The notes beneath the pieces are model-generated. The model was not told where the DNA came from, made no database searches, and was given only the letters and a program-made list of their open reading frames with translations. Source: a virus. From it: a stretch of 64,000 nt of DNA. Positions within the stretch are counted from its first letter, which is position 1. The number at the start of each line of letters is the position of its first letter. The stretch lies in IMG/VR virus record IMGVR_UViG_3300008450_000005, positions 52,158 through 116,157 of that record; one strand, written 5' to 3'. The translations under genes were made by a program, and so were the position numbers. Shown in pieces: positions 11,348 to 21,459 of this stretch.

Positions 11348-12852
11348 AAATTAACAATAAATATATTAGAACAGGCGACCCTGCTTCTACAATCATCGAT
11401 AAATCGAATTTCAACTTCGATCAAATTCTAGCGAGTGGATTTGGTGGAACCGGCTTCAATGGAGTTAAGGGACCAACCGGCGTAATAGGAAAAATTGGGC
11501 CTGATGGACCACAAGGAGCTACAGGTGTAAGAGGTTCTAATTGGTATCAGCAGAACACTTCTCCTTCAACAGCAGGAGCAAGTCCTTATGATTACTGGAT
11601 AAATACTTCTAGCACGAATCAAGACCAGGTTTATTACTATGCCGGACCAACTTCTGGTTGGGTTGATTCGGGAGCATCTCTCAGAACTAATGGGGTCTTT
11701 GCTGGTGTTCAATCACTTTTGGGACCAGAAGGAGCTACAGGTTATTCCGCAATTGTTATTAACGGCACTGGCGGAAGCCAAGCCAGAACTACTTTTGTCT
11801 ATTCTGACACTGTATTTTCGGCTATCAACGCCAATCCCAATTTAGCGAAGGTTTTAATTAGTACTGATAGCGAATCGAACGATGGAGCGATCCTCGGATT
11901 TTCTAAGACAACCACGAATGCACCAGGTTATCCAAGTTTCTATTGGGCTTCTACCGGAACAGATTACAGTCTTTCGTTCGAAACCAATTCTGCTTTGAGC
12001 ATTACATCAGGCAAAGAATTTGGAATACATTCAGATTCAACTTTTTATCTTTCTTCTTCCGTCCTAGATTTTAAATCAGGAGGAGTTTTTTCTCTAGGAG
12101 CAACTGGAAACATTTCAATAACATCCGATCCTTCTATCCAGATAACTTCCACCGAATTAAGCTTTAGAGGAAATCAAAACACTTTGAACGTTCCTCTTAT
12201 CTTGAGCAAAGCAATAGGATCAACCGGCTCATACAAGATCGATGTCGAGGGCAGCCTATTCAAAAGTGGATTGATACTGACGTCAGCGGGTGCAACATCT
12301 AGCCCAGATTTATTAAAAATCAACAATACTGATGGCATAAACCTTCTTAAGACCAAGCAGAATTCACAGACTGTAATTGGGCTTACCGGGTCAACCGGTG
12401 CACACATCGTTGATGGCTTCAGAAGCATCGATTGCAAGTTTATCCCAACCGGATCAACTGGATCAATCACTTATGGTATTGTCGATTTGACAAGTCCCGA
12501 TTACTTCAACGTCAATAAAATCTATTTGGCTTTCCCGTCGAACATAAACACGTCATACGTCGATCCCAGATTTTACGTTTCACTTCCTTCACCATCTTTA
12601 GACATAAAGATATCCAATCCCGGACATGTTTCTGTTTATAAGATTTTTAATGGTGGGACCGGTTACAAATTGAATGGCATTGCATATCAGGAAAAGAAAA
12701 ACATTGGTAATAATGCTGTTATACTGGAAAGGAGAATAGATTTTCCAAATCCAGATGACGTAGAAATCCTAACTTTAACATATACAGGAGATCAATCCTC
12801 ATTCTTTTATAATATTGGAGCGACCGGTGCTTTTGTTAATATGAACGCTTAG
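11344..12852 (+). CDS. Collagen-like tail fibre/appendage protein, paralogue 3
   Basis: GDPASTIIDKSNFNFDQI, Gly-X-Y run, GVRGSNWY; ATGA overlap with the previous gene. Confidence 0.65.
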   Translation: MKINNKYIRTGDPASTIIDKSNFNFDQILASGFGGTGFNGVKGPTGVIGKIGPDGPQGATGVRGSNWYQQNTSPSTAGASPYDYWINTSSTNQDQVYYYAGPTSGWVDSGASLRTNGVFAGVQSLLGPEGATGYSAIVINGTGGSQARTTFVYSDTVFSAINANPNLAKVLISTDSESNDGAILGFSKTTTNAPGYPSFYWASTGTDYSLSFETNSALSITSGKEFGIHSDSTFYLSSSVLDFKSGGVFSLGATGNISITSDPSIQITSTELSFRGNQNTLNVPLILSKAIGSTGSYKIDVEGSLFKSGLILTSAGATSSPDLLKINNTDGINLLKTKQNSQTVIGLTGSTGAHIVDGFRSIDCKFIPTGSTGSITYGIVDLTSPDYFNVNKIYLAFPSNINTSYVDPRFYVSLPSPSLDIKISNPGHVSVYKIFNGGTGYKLNGIAYQEKKNIGNNAVILERRIDFPNPDDVEILTLTYTGDQSSFFYNIGATGAFVNMNA

Positions 12853-12886
12853 TGGAAACTAAATATTAGATAACTGGATACAATGG

Positions 12887-13168
12887 ATGAAAGATAAATA
12901 CATGGGACAAAAATTAGAAAAAGAAGATCTGGACAAAGTAAAATTATTGATGCTTAAATACAAAGAATGTCACGACGAGATTAAGGGGTTGGAGCAAAAA
13001 ATGGAGGAAATCTCGAATGACATGAATTTTAAACTAAGCGATCTCAATGGTTTGAGAGACGAAGAAAGAATTCTTTACGAAAAATTGGCTCAAACTCACG
13101 GATCGGGATATCTCGATACGCAAAATTTAGAATGGATAAACCAAAACGATGAAAACAGCATACACTAG
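12887..13168 (+). CDS. Small coiled-coil hypothetical protein
   Basis: Heptad-rich 93 aa ending in GYLDTQNLEW. Confidence 0.55.
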   Translation: MKDKYMGQKLEKEDLDKVKLLMLKYKECHDEIKGLEQKMEEISNDMNFKLSDLNGLRDEERILYEKLAQTHGSGYLDTQNLEWINQNDENSIH

Positions 13169-13940
13169 CTTATTATTCTTGGCTATAGGAATTTTAGCTT
13201 TCTTACTACTAAAACAATGTAACTCAAGTTCTGCGGCCGAGGAAGAATTGGCAAGATTGCAGAGAAATGCTCTGGCTATGTCTGACACTTTGAAGATTAT
13301 TAAATCTGAGAATGGCAGAATGGTTGTAGAAAAAAGTTCTTTAGAGCTCAAAGTTTCCGAACTCAATTCAGATCAAAAAGCTTTGATTAAAAGATTGGAA
13401 TTTTCCAATGCTAAGCAGCCTGAGATGATTATTCAGACTGAAGTGGTTTACAGAGACACCGGTATTAAGGCAACTTCTACCGTGGCGAAGACAACCGATT
13501 CGACAGGAAACTTTAAATTAGCTTACACACCAACACTTCCAGGCAAAAATAAATTTGCTATTTCAGGAGATGTACCTTATCTTCTCCGAAAATTGAGGGA
13601 TAGCGGATCATTATCAAAATATGCTGTGTTTCCAAACGGAGACGCCAAGCTAACAGTTGAACAAACCATCGATGTTGTTGCTGGGCTATACACAGATCCA
13701 GAAACTAAGCTTCTCAAAATCAGATTATCGACAGATTTCCCGGGCATCAGCTTCGCAAACGTCAACGGAATTAAAATAGTTGACAACGCTGAAAGCAGAA
13801 GAGCTCTGAGAGATAGTCGGAAAAATTTCGGAGTAGGATTCAATCTTGGATATGGCTTGGGCTTCACCCCAAGCGGCTATAATCTTGGCCCATATCTTGG
13901 AATTGGAATACACTATTCACCTAAAATCTTACAATTCTAA
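13149..13940 (+). CDS. Membrane-anchored coiled-coil protein with C-terminal amphipathic beta-hairpin (spanin-like)
   Basis: N-terminal hydrophobic segment ending in LKQC, coiled coil, C-terminal FGVGFNLGYG...GPYLGIGIHYSP. Confidence 0.5.
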   Translation: MKTAYTSLLFLAIGILAFLLLKQCNSSSAAEEELARLQRNALAMSDTLKIIKSENGRMVVEKSSLELKVSELNSDQKALIKRLEFSNAKQPEMIIQTEVVYRDTGIKATSTVAKTTDSTGNFKLAYTPTLPGKNKFAISGDVPYLLRKLRDSGSLSKYAVFPNGDAKLTVEQTIDVVAGLYTDPETKLLKIRLSTDFPGISFANVNGIKIVDNAESRRALRDSRKNFGVGFNLGYGLGFTPSGYNLGPYLGIGIHYSPKILQF

Positions 13941-16336
13941 TGGCAACATATTCAACGACATCTAAATACGTTCAGCTGACCTCCTGGTTGTTGATGGAGT
14001 ACATGTATGCGGACAATCCAAATCCCGAGGTGTACACAACAAATGACGTTGGATATAATAGAATCGTCAACGGGTACAGAGATAATGATGTCCAGGCTTT
14101 CAACCTGAATGGTGACTATACTCAAACCCAAAATACAGCTGCAGTTTCTGTAGTACAGGTCAGCGATCAGAGATTTGTTACACTTAACCAAGATCTGATT
14201 GTTCCTTATAACGATTACACATCACAGCTAACACCTTCGTCACAGATGACCGTGTCATTTCCTTCGAATCTATCAATAACTTACGATTCGGTAAGATATT
14301 GGATACTTGCAGGATATAACCTTTCAAACATCGATGGTGTTATCGTTCAGATACAAGCTCAGGACCAGGATTTAAGTTTCGTGACATTGTCACAGATTCT
14401 ACTTAGAAGAACTAGCGCTGATCTCTATACTTTTTCTCCTAGTCCTCTTTCAGTTGGATCGAGCATCTACGACAAATATTTCGAGATAAGCATTCCGAGT
14501 TTACCGTCCATGATGAACTCATACGAAGCGGCTCCGGCTGGTAGTAAGAGTGCTCAGTTAGCATCGAAGATCTCCAAGAGTGGCTTTGGATTTGTAACGA
14601 ATTCACCTCTTAGAATTACAGCTTTCCAGGTAGGTTCGATTCAAACCGTTGATGGTTATGATAACTATTTAACCCAAACAATTGATACCCTAAGTCTCGA
14701 AGCTGAAGATCCATTCTCAGAAGTTGCAGCTTACATTGCACCATCAGTTAATGGACAGTTTTTTGAATACTTTGCCACTTACGATGGCGGATTCATTGAA
14801 GATTTTATTCTCTTCCAGAATTCAATCGGAAACGCTTATGTGATTTCCCACCAGATTGAAGTTTTGGAGCAGATCGGAGCAGCTTTGATTGAAACTTCCA
14901 ATTTCACATCTCTTCAGACAACCGGATACGATATACCAAATCTTTACCGTCCGATCATCAGAAATGCAGCGGTTGCAGTTTCTTTCACATTAAAGTATAC
15001 TATGACCCTTGTCAATAACGCAAATCAACAGCGTGTTGTCAGAGTAAGCTCATACACCAGCACTGATCCACATTCATACGGTACCACAATTCAGCCAATA
15101 ACGCTGTCTAATGCACCTCAGGTTCAGAAAATCTATAATAAGATTCTTTCAGCACCTGCCATTCAGCTATCATCTGACGTGTTTAACTCTCAGCTGGGAG
15201 CTAGGGAGGTTATCCGTATCAATAACGTTTTTGTAGATAATACGAATGTTAATCTAGGCATAACCAATCTTGCGATTAATAATAATTCAATCACCCCTGA
15301 TCCATCTGGAAGTTCTACCTCGGCTAGAATTATCTATTATGGAAAGGGCAAATCAGAGATTGATATTTCTCCGTTCGATAATTACTTTAAGTTTACTGTC
15401 ATTCTTGGCTCAACAGGCACAACACCTAAAGCCATGAATTTCGACACTGGTGGTACTTATTACATCCAATTCATTGATAACAACGGAAAGAAATTATCAA
15501 TACCTAATATTTCGAATTCAAATATTGCTAATCCAGCCAAAGGTGAGTTGGCTTTTAAAATAGACGAGACTTTCTCGACAAAGATACTTCAGTTTACTGA
15601 TCGTACCTTCTATATCACAAATAGATCTCCGCAGCCAGGGGAAGATAATCAGGTTAAGGATAATACTGTCTCTACCGCGGTATCGATTCAAGATGTTCGT
15701 GCTACTACAACGTCTTCAAATAACATATCTCTAAATAATATCTTCGGCATCCCCGCTTCTTCAGTGGTTTATTGGGGATATTGGAAATCTGAAAAAGAAT
15801 CTTCAAGATTTATTGGAGCAACCGGAGCAACCGGTCCGATCAGAAGTACTAGACCATTCGGTCCTACAGGACCTATAGCTGCTTCCAATCAGCCCGACGG
15901 TGTTAATCTATTAAGAAATACACCTCCTGTCGCTGCAGCCGGTTTAACTGGTGGTTCAGCAATAGGCAGATCCGGTGGAAGCCGTCCTCTTAACACATCC
16001 AATCTAACTCTCGATGAAAAACTCTCTGCAGTTTCTGCTTCAGTTGAAGGATTTGTAGACAAGGGGTGGACAATAGAACGCATAATTGCATACTTCTTGA
16101 AGCCAGGTGAAATTGGATATCGCTTATACAACTTATCCAAAGAGGACTTCAAATTAGCTGTTGTGGGGATTTTCTCTGCTGCTGATCTAGGTCTAATCGA
16201 TAACTTTGGCAACACGCAGAGCGGAAGAACAAATGGTGGACAGGCAGCAAATAAAGGGAGAGTAACTCAAACCGGTGGTGGAAATACATCAAATGATCTT
16301 GAAAATAGAGCAACAAAGGGAGGTAGAATGCTATGA
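13940..16336 (+). CDS. Virion structural protein
   Basis: 798 aa, S/T/N-rich, GATGATGP segment, structural context. Confidence 0.55.
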   Translation: MATYSTTSKYVQLTSWLLMEYMYADNPNPEVYTTNDVGYNRIVNGYRDNDVQAFNLNGDYTQTQNTAAVSVVQVSDQRFVTLNQDLIVPYNDYTSQLTPSSQMTVSFPSNLSITYDSVRYWILAGYNLSNIDGVIVQIQAQDQDLSFVTLSQILLRRTSADLYTFSPSPLSVGSSIYDKYFEISIPSLPSMMNSYEAAPAGSKSAQLASKISKSGFGFVTNSPLRITAFQVGSIQTVDGYDNYLTQTIDTLSLEAEDPFSEVAAYIAPSVNGQFFEYFATYDGGFIEDFILFQNSIGNAYVISHQIEVLEQIGAALIETSNFTSLQTTGYDIPNLYRPIIRNAAVAVSFTLKYTMTLVNNANQQRVVRVSSYTSTDPHSYGTTIQPITLSNAPQVQKIYNKILSAPAIQLSSDVFNSQLGAREVIRINNVFVDNTNVNLGITNLAINNNSITPDPSGSSTSARIIYYGKGKSEIDISPFDNYFKFTVILGSTGTTPKAMNFDTGGTYYIQFIDNNGKKLSIPNISNSNIANPAKGELAFKIDETFSTKILQFTDRTFYITNRSPQPGEDNQVKDNTVSTAVSIQDVRATTTSSNNISLNNIFGIPASSVVYWGYWKSEKESSRFIGATGATGPIRSTRPFGPTGPIAASNQPDGVNLLRNTPPVAAAGLTGGSAIGRSGGSRPLNTSNLTLDEKLSAVSASVEGFVDKGWTIERIIAYFLKPGEIGYRLYNLSKEDFKLAVVGIFSAADLGLIDNFGNTQSGRTNGGQAANKGRVTQTGGGNTSNDLENRATKGGRML

Positions 16337-16896
16337 TTTTAAATTCTAGAGCCAGTAGTTTCTACTTTGTTTTCCCTAAGGGATTTTTTCCGGAGGTCGT
16401 TGTTGAGAAATATATGCCCTATGTTAAGAGCTTGCAAACTCCGTTTGATACCTTGACGCAGTTCATGAATTCTACTATTCAGAGTATAAATTTTCCAGGC
16501 ATGAGCATGGGATCAACCCAGCAGGTTAGATATCTTGGCAAAAAGGTGGTTTATAAGGACGCAACCCCGGTTCAGGATCTATTCAATCAGGAATTTTCTG
16601 TTAGCTTTAGAATGACTGATGGATTTGTAAATTATTGGATTATGCTAGATACGATTTTGAATTTCCAAAATTTCAAAAACGAGCAGCTCTATGTTCCAAC
16701 TTTGCCACTCCGTTTTTTGAACACAAATGGTGATATTTTGGTTACGAACAACTTCGAAAACGTTATAATTAGCTCCATTTCGGACGTTCAGCTCAATTAC
16801 ACACAGAATTCACCCCAGGTCAGCACATTCAGTGTCGGCTTCAAAAGTAATTTCATGCACATCCAACTTCACATGGATCAAAAAGTTACTGGGTAA
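16333..16896 (+). CDS. Tail tube-fold protein (T4 gp3/gp19-like tail completion protein)
   Basis: IQSINFPG...EFSVSFRMTDGFVNYWIM...F.NV.ISSISDVQLNY...FSVGF pattern and size resemble the T4-like gp3 family. Confidence 0.55.
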   Translation: MILNSRASSFYFVFPKGFFPEVVVEKYMPYVKSLQTPFDTLTQFMNSTIQSINFPGMSMGSTQQVRYLGKKVVYKDATPVQDLFNQEFSVSFRMTDGFVNYWIMLDTILNFQNFKNEQLYVPTLPLRFLNTNGDILVTNNFENVIISSISDVQLNYTQNSPQVSTFSVGFKSNFMHIQLHMDQKVTG

Positions 16897-16939
16897 GAGT
16901 TTAGATATATAGTAAACAAATAGAAATAAAAGCAAGACA

Positions 16940-17173
16940 ATGAAAACGTTTTCCCAAATACAGAGACTTAATGAAATGAAGTACGGACAACCTTTGTACG
17001 ACGAGAAGGATCTGATGAAAAACCATCTTATCACTGCAGCAGGAAACGATGTAAGAGTATTGAACGACATCGTAGCTTGTTTAAGTGAGGATCAGATGAA
17101 GAAGTGTTACGATAAACTTGTTAAAGAATACGCTTTCACTGGCAAACAAGGTGAAAACGTACCAAGCAAATAA
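16940..17173 (+). CDS. Small protein with capsid-targeting-like leader (putative internal head protein)
   Basis: Starts MKTFSQIQRLNE; GATATATA motif upstream. Confidence 0.5.
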   Translation: MKTFSQIQRLNEMKYGQPLYDEKDLMKNHLITAAGNDVRVLNDIVACLSEDQMKKCYDKLVKEYAFTGKQGENVPSK

Positions 17174-17176
17174 TGA

Positions 17177-17518
17177 ATGTCTGGTCTCGTTGGAATAATC
17201 TATGGCTGGGATAGCTCCGGTAAGACCCTATCGGTTTTAATTAATCCCGATTTGGTTACAACCACGGAATCTACTTCTACGACTTTCTCTATCGTTTCTA
17301 AAGCTGTTAACTCCACGGTTGATCTATCTGTGACCAACCCCGGTCATGAAGCTTATGGTACTGCTTATAATTTTACTGGTCCGGCGGGAAGCGGTGATTT
17401 TATGAATTCATCATGGCAAAAAGCTGTTAACAATACAACATCAACACAAACGTTCATCTTTTTAGATTTCGCTTCTCAAGGTTACATCACGCAGAAAAGA
17501 ATTTTAATATATCCCTAA
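17177..17518 (+). CDS. Hypothetical (likely virion) protein
   Basis: S/T-rich 113-aa ORF in the structural block. Confidence 0.5.
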   Translation: MSGLVGIIYGWDSSGKTLSVLINPDLVTTTESTSTTFSIVSKAVNSTVDLSVTNPGHEAYGTAYNFTGPAGSGDFMNSSWQKAVNNTTSTQTFIFLDFASQGYITQKRILIYP

Positions 17519-17522
17519 GATA

Positions 17523-18347
17523 ATGGAATATGTTCAATTCATACTGAATACAAATAGTTCGGGACAGAACACTACCCAATCATTCCCGCTGGAAGCAATT
17601 TCGGAGATATATTCAACCGAGGATGCTGTGGTTCTATTTTTCGATTCAGTTTCTGCAACTTTAGCTGGTGAGATAAACAGTAGAAAATACTATTACGGAA
17701 CTAGAATTACCCTTTTCAAAACTGGAAATGGCAACAATATTCTTGGTGGTTTATTAAACGCTCTATCTAAAGCTTATTGGTCCGATGCTGTTTTCCCTAC
17801 CATTATAAATTTAACACAACTTACAAATACCATAACCGTTGAAGATATTGTTGGTTCTAGCTATCCTGCGGGAGGAACCGGCGCATTCATGCCATGCGGG
17901 TCATTTTATGATACAACATCACAGCTGAGCGGTGGTATAACTGCTGCTAATATTATTACATTTAACACCACGACTATAACCAATGGCGTTTATGTGACTG
18001 GCGGATCCAGGATGACCGTACAGTATCCCGGAATTTATAATATCCAATTCTCCGCACAAATAGACAAAACGGATAGCGGTATCGATTTCGTAGATCTTTG
18101 GCTCTCTAAAAATGGAGCAAACCTCCCCGATAGTAACACCTCCCTGTACCTTCCTGGAAATAACGCTAAAGTGGTTGCCGCATGGAACTTCGTGATCGCG
18201 GCTTCGGGCGGAGATTATTTTGAATTAGTTTGGTCTTCGACCGACGAAGATGTTTTATTGTATTATCAAGGACCTACCTCAGGTCCATTACGTCCGGCAA
18301 TCCCCTCTGTCATTGCATCGGTGACCTGGGCGGGAGCTACAGCTTAA
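17523..18347 (+). CDS. Putative fibre/decoration protein with C1q/TNF-like C-terminal beta domain
   Basis: FYDTTSQ...ITFNT...PGIYNIQFSAQ...DYFELVW pattern typical of phage fibre tip domains. Confidence 0.45.
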   Translation: MEYVQFILNTNSSGQNTTQSFPLEAISEIYSTEDAVVLFFDSVSATLAGEINSRKYYYGTRITLFKTGNGNNILGGLLNALSKAYWSDAVFPTIINLTQLTNTITVEDIVGSSYPAGGTGAFMPCGSFYDTTSQLSGGITAANIITFNTTTITNGVYVTGGSRMTVQYPGIYNIQFSAQIDKTDSGIDFVDLWLSKNGANLPDSNTSLYLPGNNAKVVAAWNFVIAASGGDYFELVWSSTDEDVLLYYQGPTSGPLRPAIPSVIASVTWAGATA

Positions 18348-18362
18348 ATTGTAAAAATTCGC

Positions 18363-19097
18363 ATGAACAACACCTGCTATATAGGAATAGATTTTTCACT
18401 CAACTCCCCAGCTTTTTGTATAATTACTGAAAAAGAAACAATGTGGGGCAGTTTGACCCGCACGGATAGGACCTCCGAATCTCTAAAAAAATCTAAGGAC
18501 AAGCCCTATGCCATTTTGGATGGATTTGAACAGTTCGATCTTTTCTTTCTTGATAAGAAGGAATTGCCGGATGATTACAGTCAGAAGGAAAGGGTTAAAA
18601 TCGCATACTTTCAGGAGCTTGTTGAAGTTTTCTGGAATAAAATACTAAGCCATGTAGACGTAACCAACGCTTACGTAGCTATGGAAGGACTAAGTTTTAT
18701 GTCGGCTGGAAATGCTCTGATAGACATTTCCATGGCCACCGCTTTGATCCGAAAAAAAATCATTGACTCTATAGATAGCGAGAGGTTCCACGTTTTTTCG
18801 CCAACAGAAATAAAAAAATTCGCCGGAAAGGGCAACTTTAAGAAGGATGAGATGTATGATTCTCTAATAGCTTCCAAAAGAATTCCCTTGCTCTGCGACA
18901 TACTTGAAAAAAATCGAAACAATTGGATAACCCCATCTCTACAGATTAATAAACCGGTAGACGATTTAGTTGATGCCACATGGATATCACTCTTTTTAAA
19001 AGACATCGTTGAAGGAAATTTTGAACAAATTGAAACCAAAAAGAAAAAAACAATTAAAAAGAAAACAACAAAAACAAAAAAAATTGAGAAATTATGA
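18363..19097 (+). CDS. RuvC-like Holliday junction resolvase
   Basis: YIGIDFSLNSPA, AMEG, PTEIKKFAGKGNFKKDEM and DDLVDA motifs. Confidence 0.8.
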   Translation: MNNTCYIGIDFSLNSPAFCIITEKETMWGSLTRTDRTSESLKKSKDKPYAILDGFEQFDLFFLDKKELPDDYSQKERVKIAYFQELVEVFWNKILSHVDVTNAYVAMEGLSFMSAGNALIDISMATALIRKKIIDSIDSERFHVFSPTEIKKFAGKGNFKKDEMYDSLIASKRIPLLCDILEKNRNNWITPSLQINKPVDDLVDATWISLFLKDIVEGNFEQIETKKKKTIKKKTTKTKKIEKL

Positions 19098-20092
19098 GTA
19101 ATTTAAATGACATCTTCAATCTGAGCAACGACATGTTCGTTACCCAAACACAACAAAAAGAATCAAGAGATCTTGAATTTTACAAACCCTATGCTGAAAA
19201 TGGCAAAGATGGCGTGTACAAATCCCTGATCAGATTCGTTCCGAATCCTGTTGAACCTGCTAAAAGCAAAATCCACAAGTACTATGTGTATTTGAAAGAT
19301 CCCGTTACCGGAGACGCTTTTTCAGTTGATTGTCCTAGCACAGTAGGAAAGAAAAGTGTCTTGAAAGATCTTTTCTGGAAGCTAAAGCAATCCCATTCGG
19401 CAGCAGATCAAGAATTATCAAAAAGCTTCTCACGTAAAGAAGATTTTTATTCTTTGATCCAAATCGTGAAGGATCCTAATAAACCCGAATTGGAAGGCAA
19501 AGTGATGCTTTGGAAATTCGGTAAGAAAGTAAATGATATGATCGAATCTCAGTTAAAGCCTGAGTATGGAGAAGCTTGCAATCCTTACGATCTTTTTGAT
19601 GGTAAACTTTTCGCTGTCCATGTAAGAAAGGTTGGCGATTGGAACAACTACGATCTTTGCCAATTTATCGGCGAAAGAACTTCAATCGAAGTTGAGGGTC
19701 AAAAAATGCAGAAAAAACAGGACGACATGGAAAAGATCGTTGAGTATCTTAAGACCGGTCCTTCTAACCTAACAAGTTTCGATTATAAAGATTGGGATGA
19801 CGAATTGACCGAGAAAGTTATGACGGTTATTCGTAACACAGTCCCAGACGGTAGGTTGATCAACGAGATCACAAGCGGAGCAAGCAGTCAAAAATCTAGC
19901 TCTTCGTCTTATTCCCAGCCTAAACAAAATACATCTCCATCAGCACCCGCTAAAAATGAGACTAAGGAAACCGGCATTGACGATTTCTTTAACTCTTCAG
20001 AAACACCAGCGGCAAAGTCACAGCCATCTAATTCAGGCTCGAACAGCGATGATAAGATGTCTTCTCTCGAGGATTTATACGCTGATTTATAA
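19094..20092 (+). CDS. Single-stranded DNA-binding protein (T4 gp32-like)
   Basis: KDG...LIRFVP, IVKDPNKPELEGKVMLWKFGKK, NYD, acidic tail SSLEDLYADL. Confidence 0.8.
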   Translation: MSNLNDIFNLSNDMFVTQTQQKESRDLEFYKPYAENGKDGVYKSLIRFVPNPVEPAKSKIHKYYVYLKDPVTGDAFSVDCPSTVGKKSVLKDLFWKLKQSHSAADQELSKSFSRKEDFYSLIQIVKDPNKPELEGKVMLWKFGKKVNDMIESQLKPEYGEACNPYDLFDGKLFAVHVRKVGDWNNYDLCQFIGERTSIEVEGQKMQKKQDDMEKIVEYLKTGPSNLTSFDYKDWDDELTEKVMTVIRNTVPDGRLINEITSGASSQKSSSSSYSQPKQNTSPSAPAKNETKETGIDDFFNSSETPAAKSQPSNSGSNSDDKMSSLEDLYADL

Positions 20093-20108
20093 TTCTGATT
20101 GTTCATCG

Positions 20109-20140
20109 AAAAGCCTGCCCTTCAGGGTGGGCTTTTTTTT
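20109..20140 (+). terminator. Rho-independent terminator after SSB
   Basis: AAAAGCCTGCCC-TTCA-GGGTGGGC followed by a T run. Confidence 0.75.
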
Positions 20141-20146
20141 CCCCTA

Positions 20147-21217
20147 ATGATGGATATTAACAGAGTTCAATCGCTCGTACAGGATATTCTAGCCAGCGAA
20201 TTTCCTAATGATGCGAGAAGGCAAAAGGTCTATGTCTCCGGAAATAGACTAAACTTCTCCTGTCCTTATTGTGGAGATTCAAAATCAGGTCACAAGAAAA
20301 GGGGTAATTTCTATCTGGATACGCTTAGTTTCAAGTGCTACAATGGTGGATGCTCTATATTCAAGGATGGCATAACTTTCCTGAAGGATTTTAGAAAATT
20401 TGATAATCTTAATTCTGGTGAAAAGACGGATATACTTTTCCAGATACGTGAGAACAAAGAAAAGAGGGTAACCAGATATGGTGATTTTGATGTTTTTGAG
20501 GTATTGGATGGTGATTTTAGCGATATTGTAATTCCTAGATCTTTCCTGATGAAAAAACTTTCTCTCGTTTCCGTCATAGGAACAGAGATTGAAGGGTATA
20601 TCAGATCCAGAAATCAAGTTCCAGATGATAGGTTCCTATGGGATGCATACGGAAAGAGAATATTCATTCTGAATCTCACAAAGGATAAAAACATACTGGG
20701 TCTCCAGACAAGAAACATGGAAAGCAGATATCCCGGATCTTCCAAATATCTGACCTATAAGCTTTCTGGAATCTGGACTAAAATGCTAAAAGCAACGGAT
20801 AGTGAATTCATAGAAAAAACTTATCGGCTAGATCCCATTTCGAGTATCTTTGGGATAGGTACTGTTAATCTATCACTACCGGTTACAGTGTTTGAAGGAC
20901 CTCTCGATTCTTTCCTTTATCCAAACTCGATTGCAACATGCTCTGTAGAAAACAAGGTTCCTTTCGAGATGGATGGACTCCGATTCTGGGATGACTGGGA
21001 CGACGCGGGAAGAAGTAAATCAACCGAAAGATTAATGAATGGCGAATTTGTATTCAATTGGGGGAAATTCTTAGCTGACCATTCCATATCGACTAATGGG
21101 AAATGGGATTTGAATGATCTGGTGAATTATTTAAGATCCACCGGGACTAAGATAAAAAGATTCGAAGGATACTTCACAAACGATAAATTGGATATTAGAT
21201 GGTTTATAGAAGGATAA
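20147..21217 (+). CDS. DNA primase (T4 gp61-like)
   Basis: Zn ribbon NFSCPYCGDS...FKCYNGGC and TOPRIM VFEGPLDS...DDWDDAG. Start moved to the ATG after the terminator. Confidence 0.8.
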   Translation: MMDINRVQSLVQDILASEFPNDARRQKVYVSGNRLNFSCPYCGDSKSGHKKRGNFYLDTLSFKCYNGGCSIFKDGITFLKDFRKFDNLNSGEKTDILFQIRENKEKRVTRYGDFDVFEVLDGDFSDIVIPRSFLMKKLSLVSVIGTEIEGYIRSRNQVPDDRFLWDAYGKRIFILNLTKDKNILGLQTRNMESRYPGSSKYLTYKLSGIWTKMLKATDSEFIEKTYRLDPISSIFGIGTVNLSLPVTVFEGPLDSFLYPNSIATCSVENKVPFEMDGLRFWDDWDDAGRSKSTERLMNGEFVFNWGKFLADHSISTNGKWDLNDLVNYLRSTGTKIKRFEGYFTNDKLDIRWFIEG

Positions 21218-21237
21218 ATAGAAGAATAGTTTCTGTA

Positions 21238-21459
21238 ATGGAACACGAAGGAATAGATGCTCAGAACAATTGGGAGGATTCGCTTGAGAAAGATTCTAAG
21301 CCGAAGTTCAGATTCCCACTTTTTTTCAGCGAAGAAAAATTTGACAACATTAAATTAGAATTTCCGGTCCCTGAAATTAGAGAGCCGGAGAAGCCACGTA
21401 ATATGAACAAAGTAAAAACCATACAGTTGGGTAAAAAAGGTAAAGGAGGATTATTCTGA
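21238..21459 (+). CDS. Small hypothetical protein
   Basis: Likely start MEHEG downstream of GATAAATA; ends in GGLF. Confidence 0.5.
   Translation: MEHEGIDAQNNWEDSLEKDSKPKFRFPLFFSEEKFDNIKLEFPVPEIREPEKPRNMNKVKTIQLGKKGKGGLF

Noticed and set aside
11599-11606. GATAAATA inside the fibre gene 11344
   Set aside because: It is internal to a coding sequence and far from any credible start; probably a chance match.
19030-19093. A-rich run at the end of the RuvC-like gene as a repeat or frameshift site
   Set aside because: It is explained by a Lys-rich C-terminal tail that doubles as the A-rich translation-initiation region of the SSB gene.
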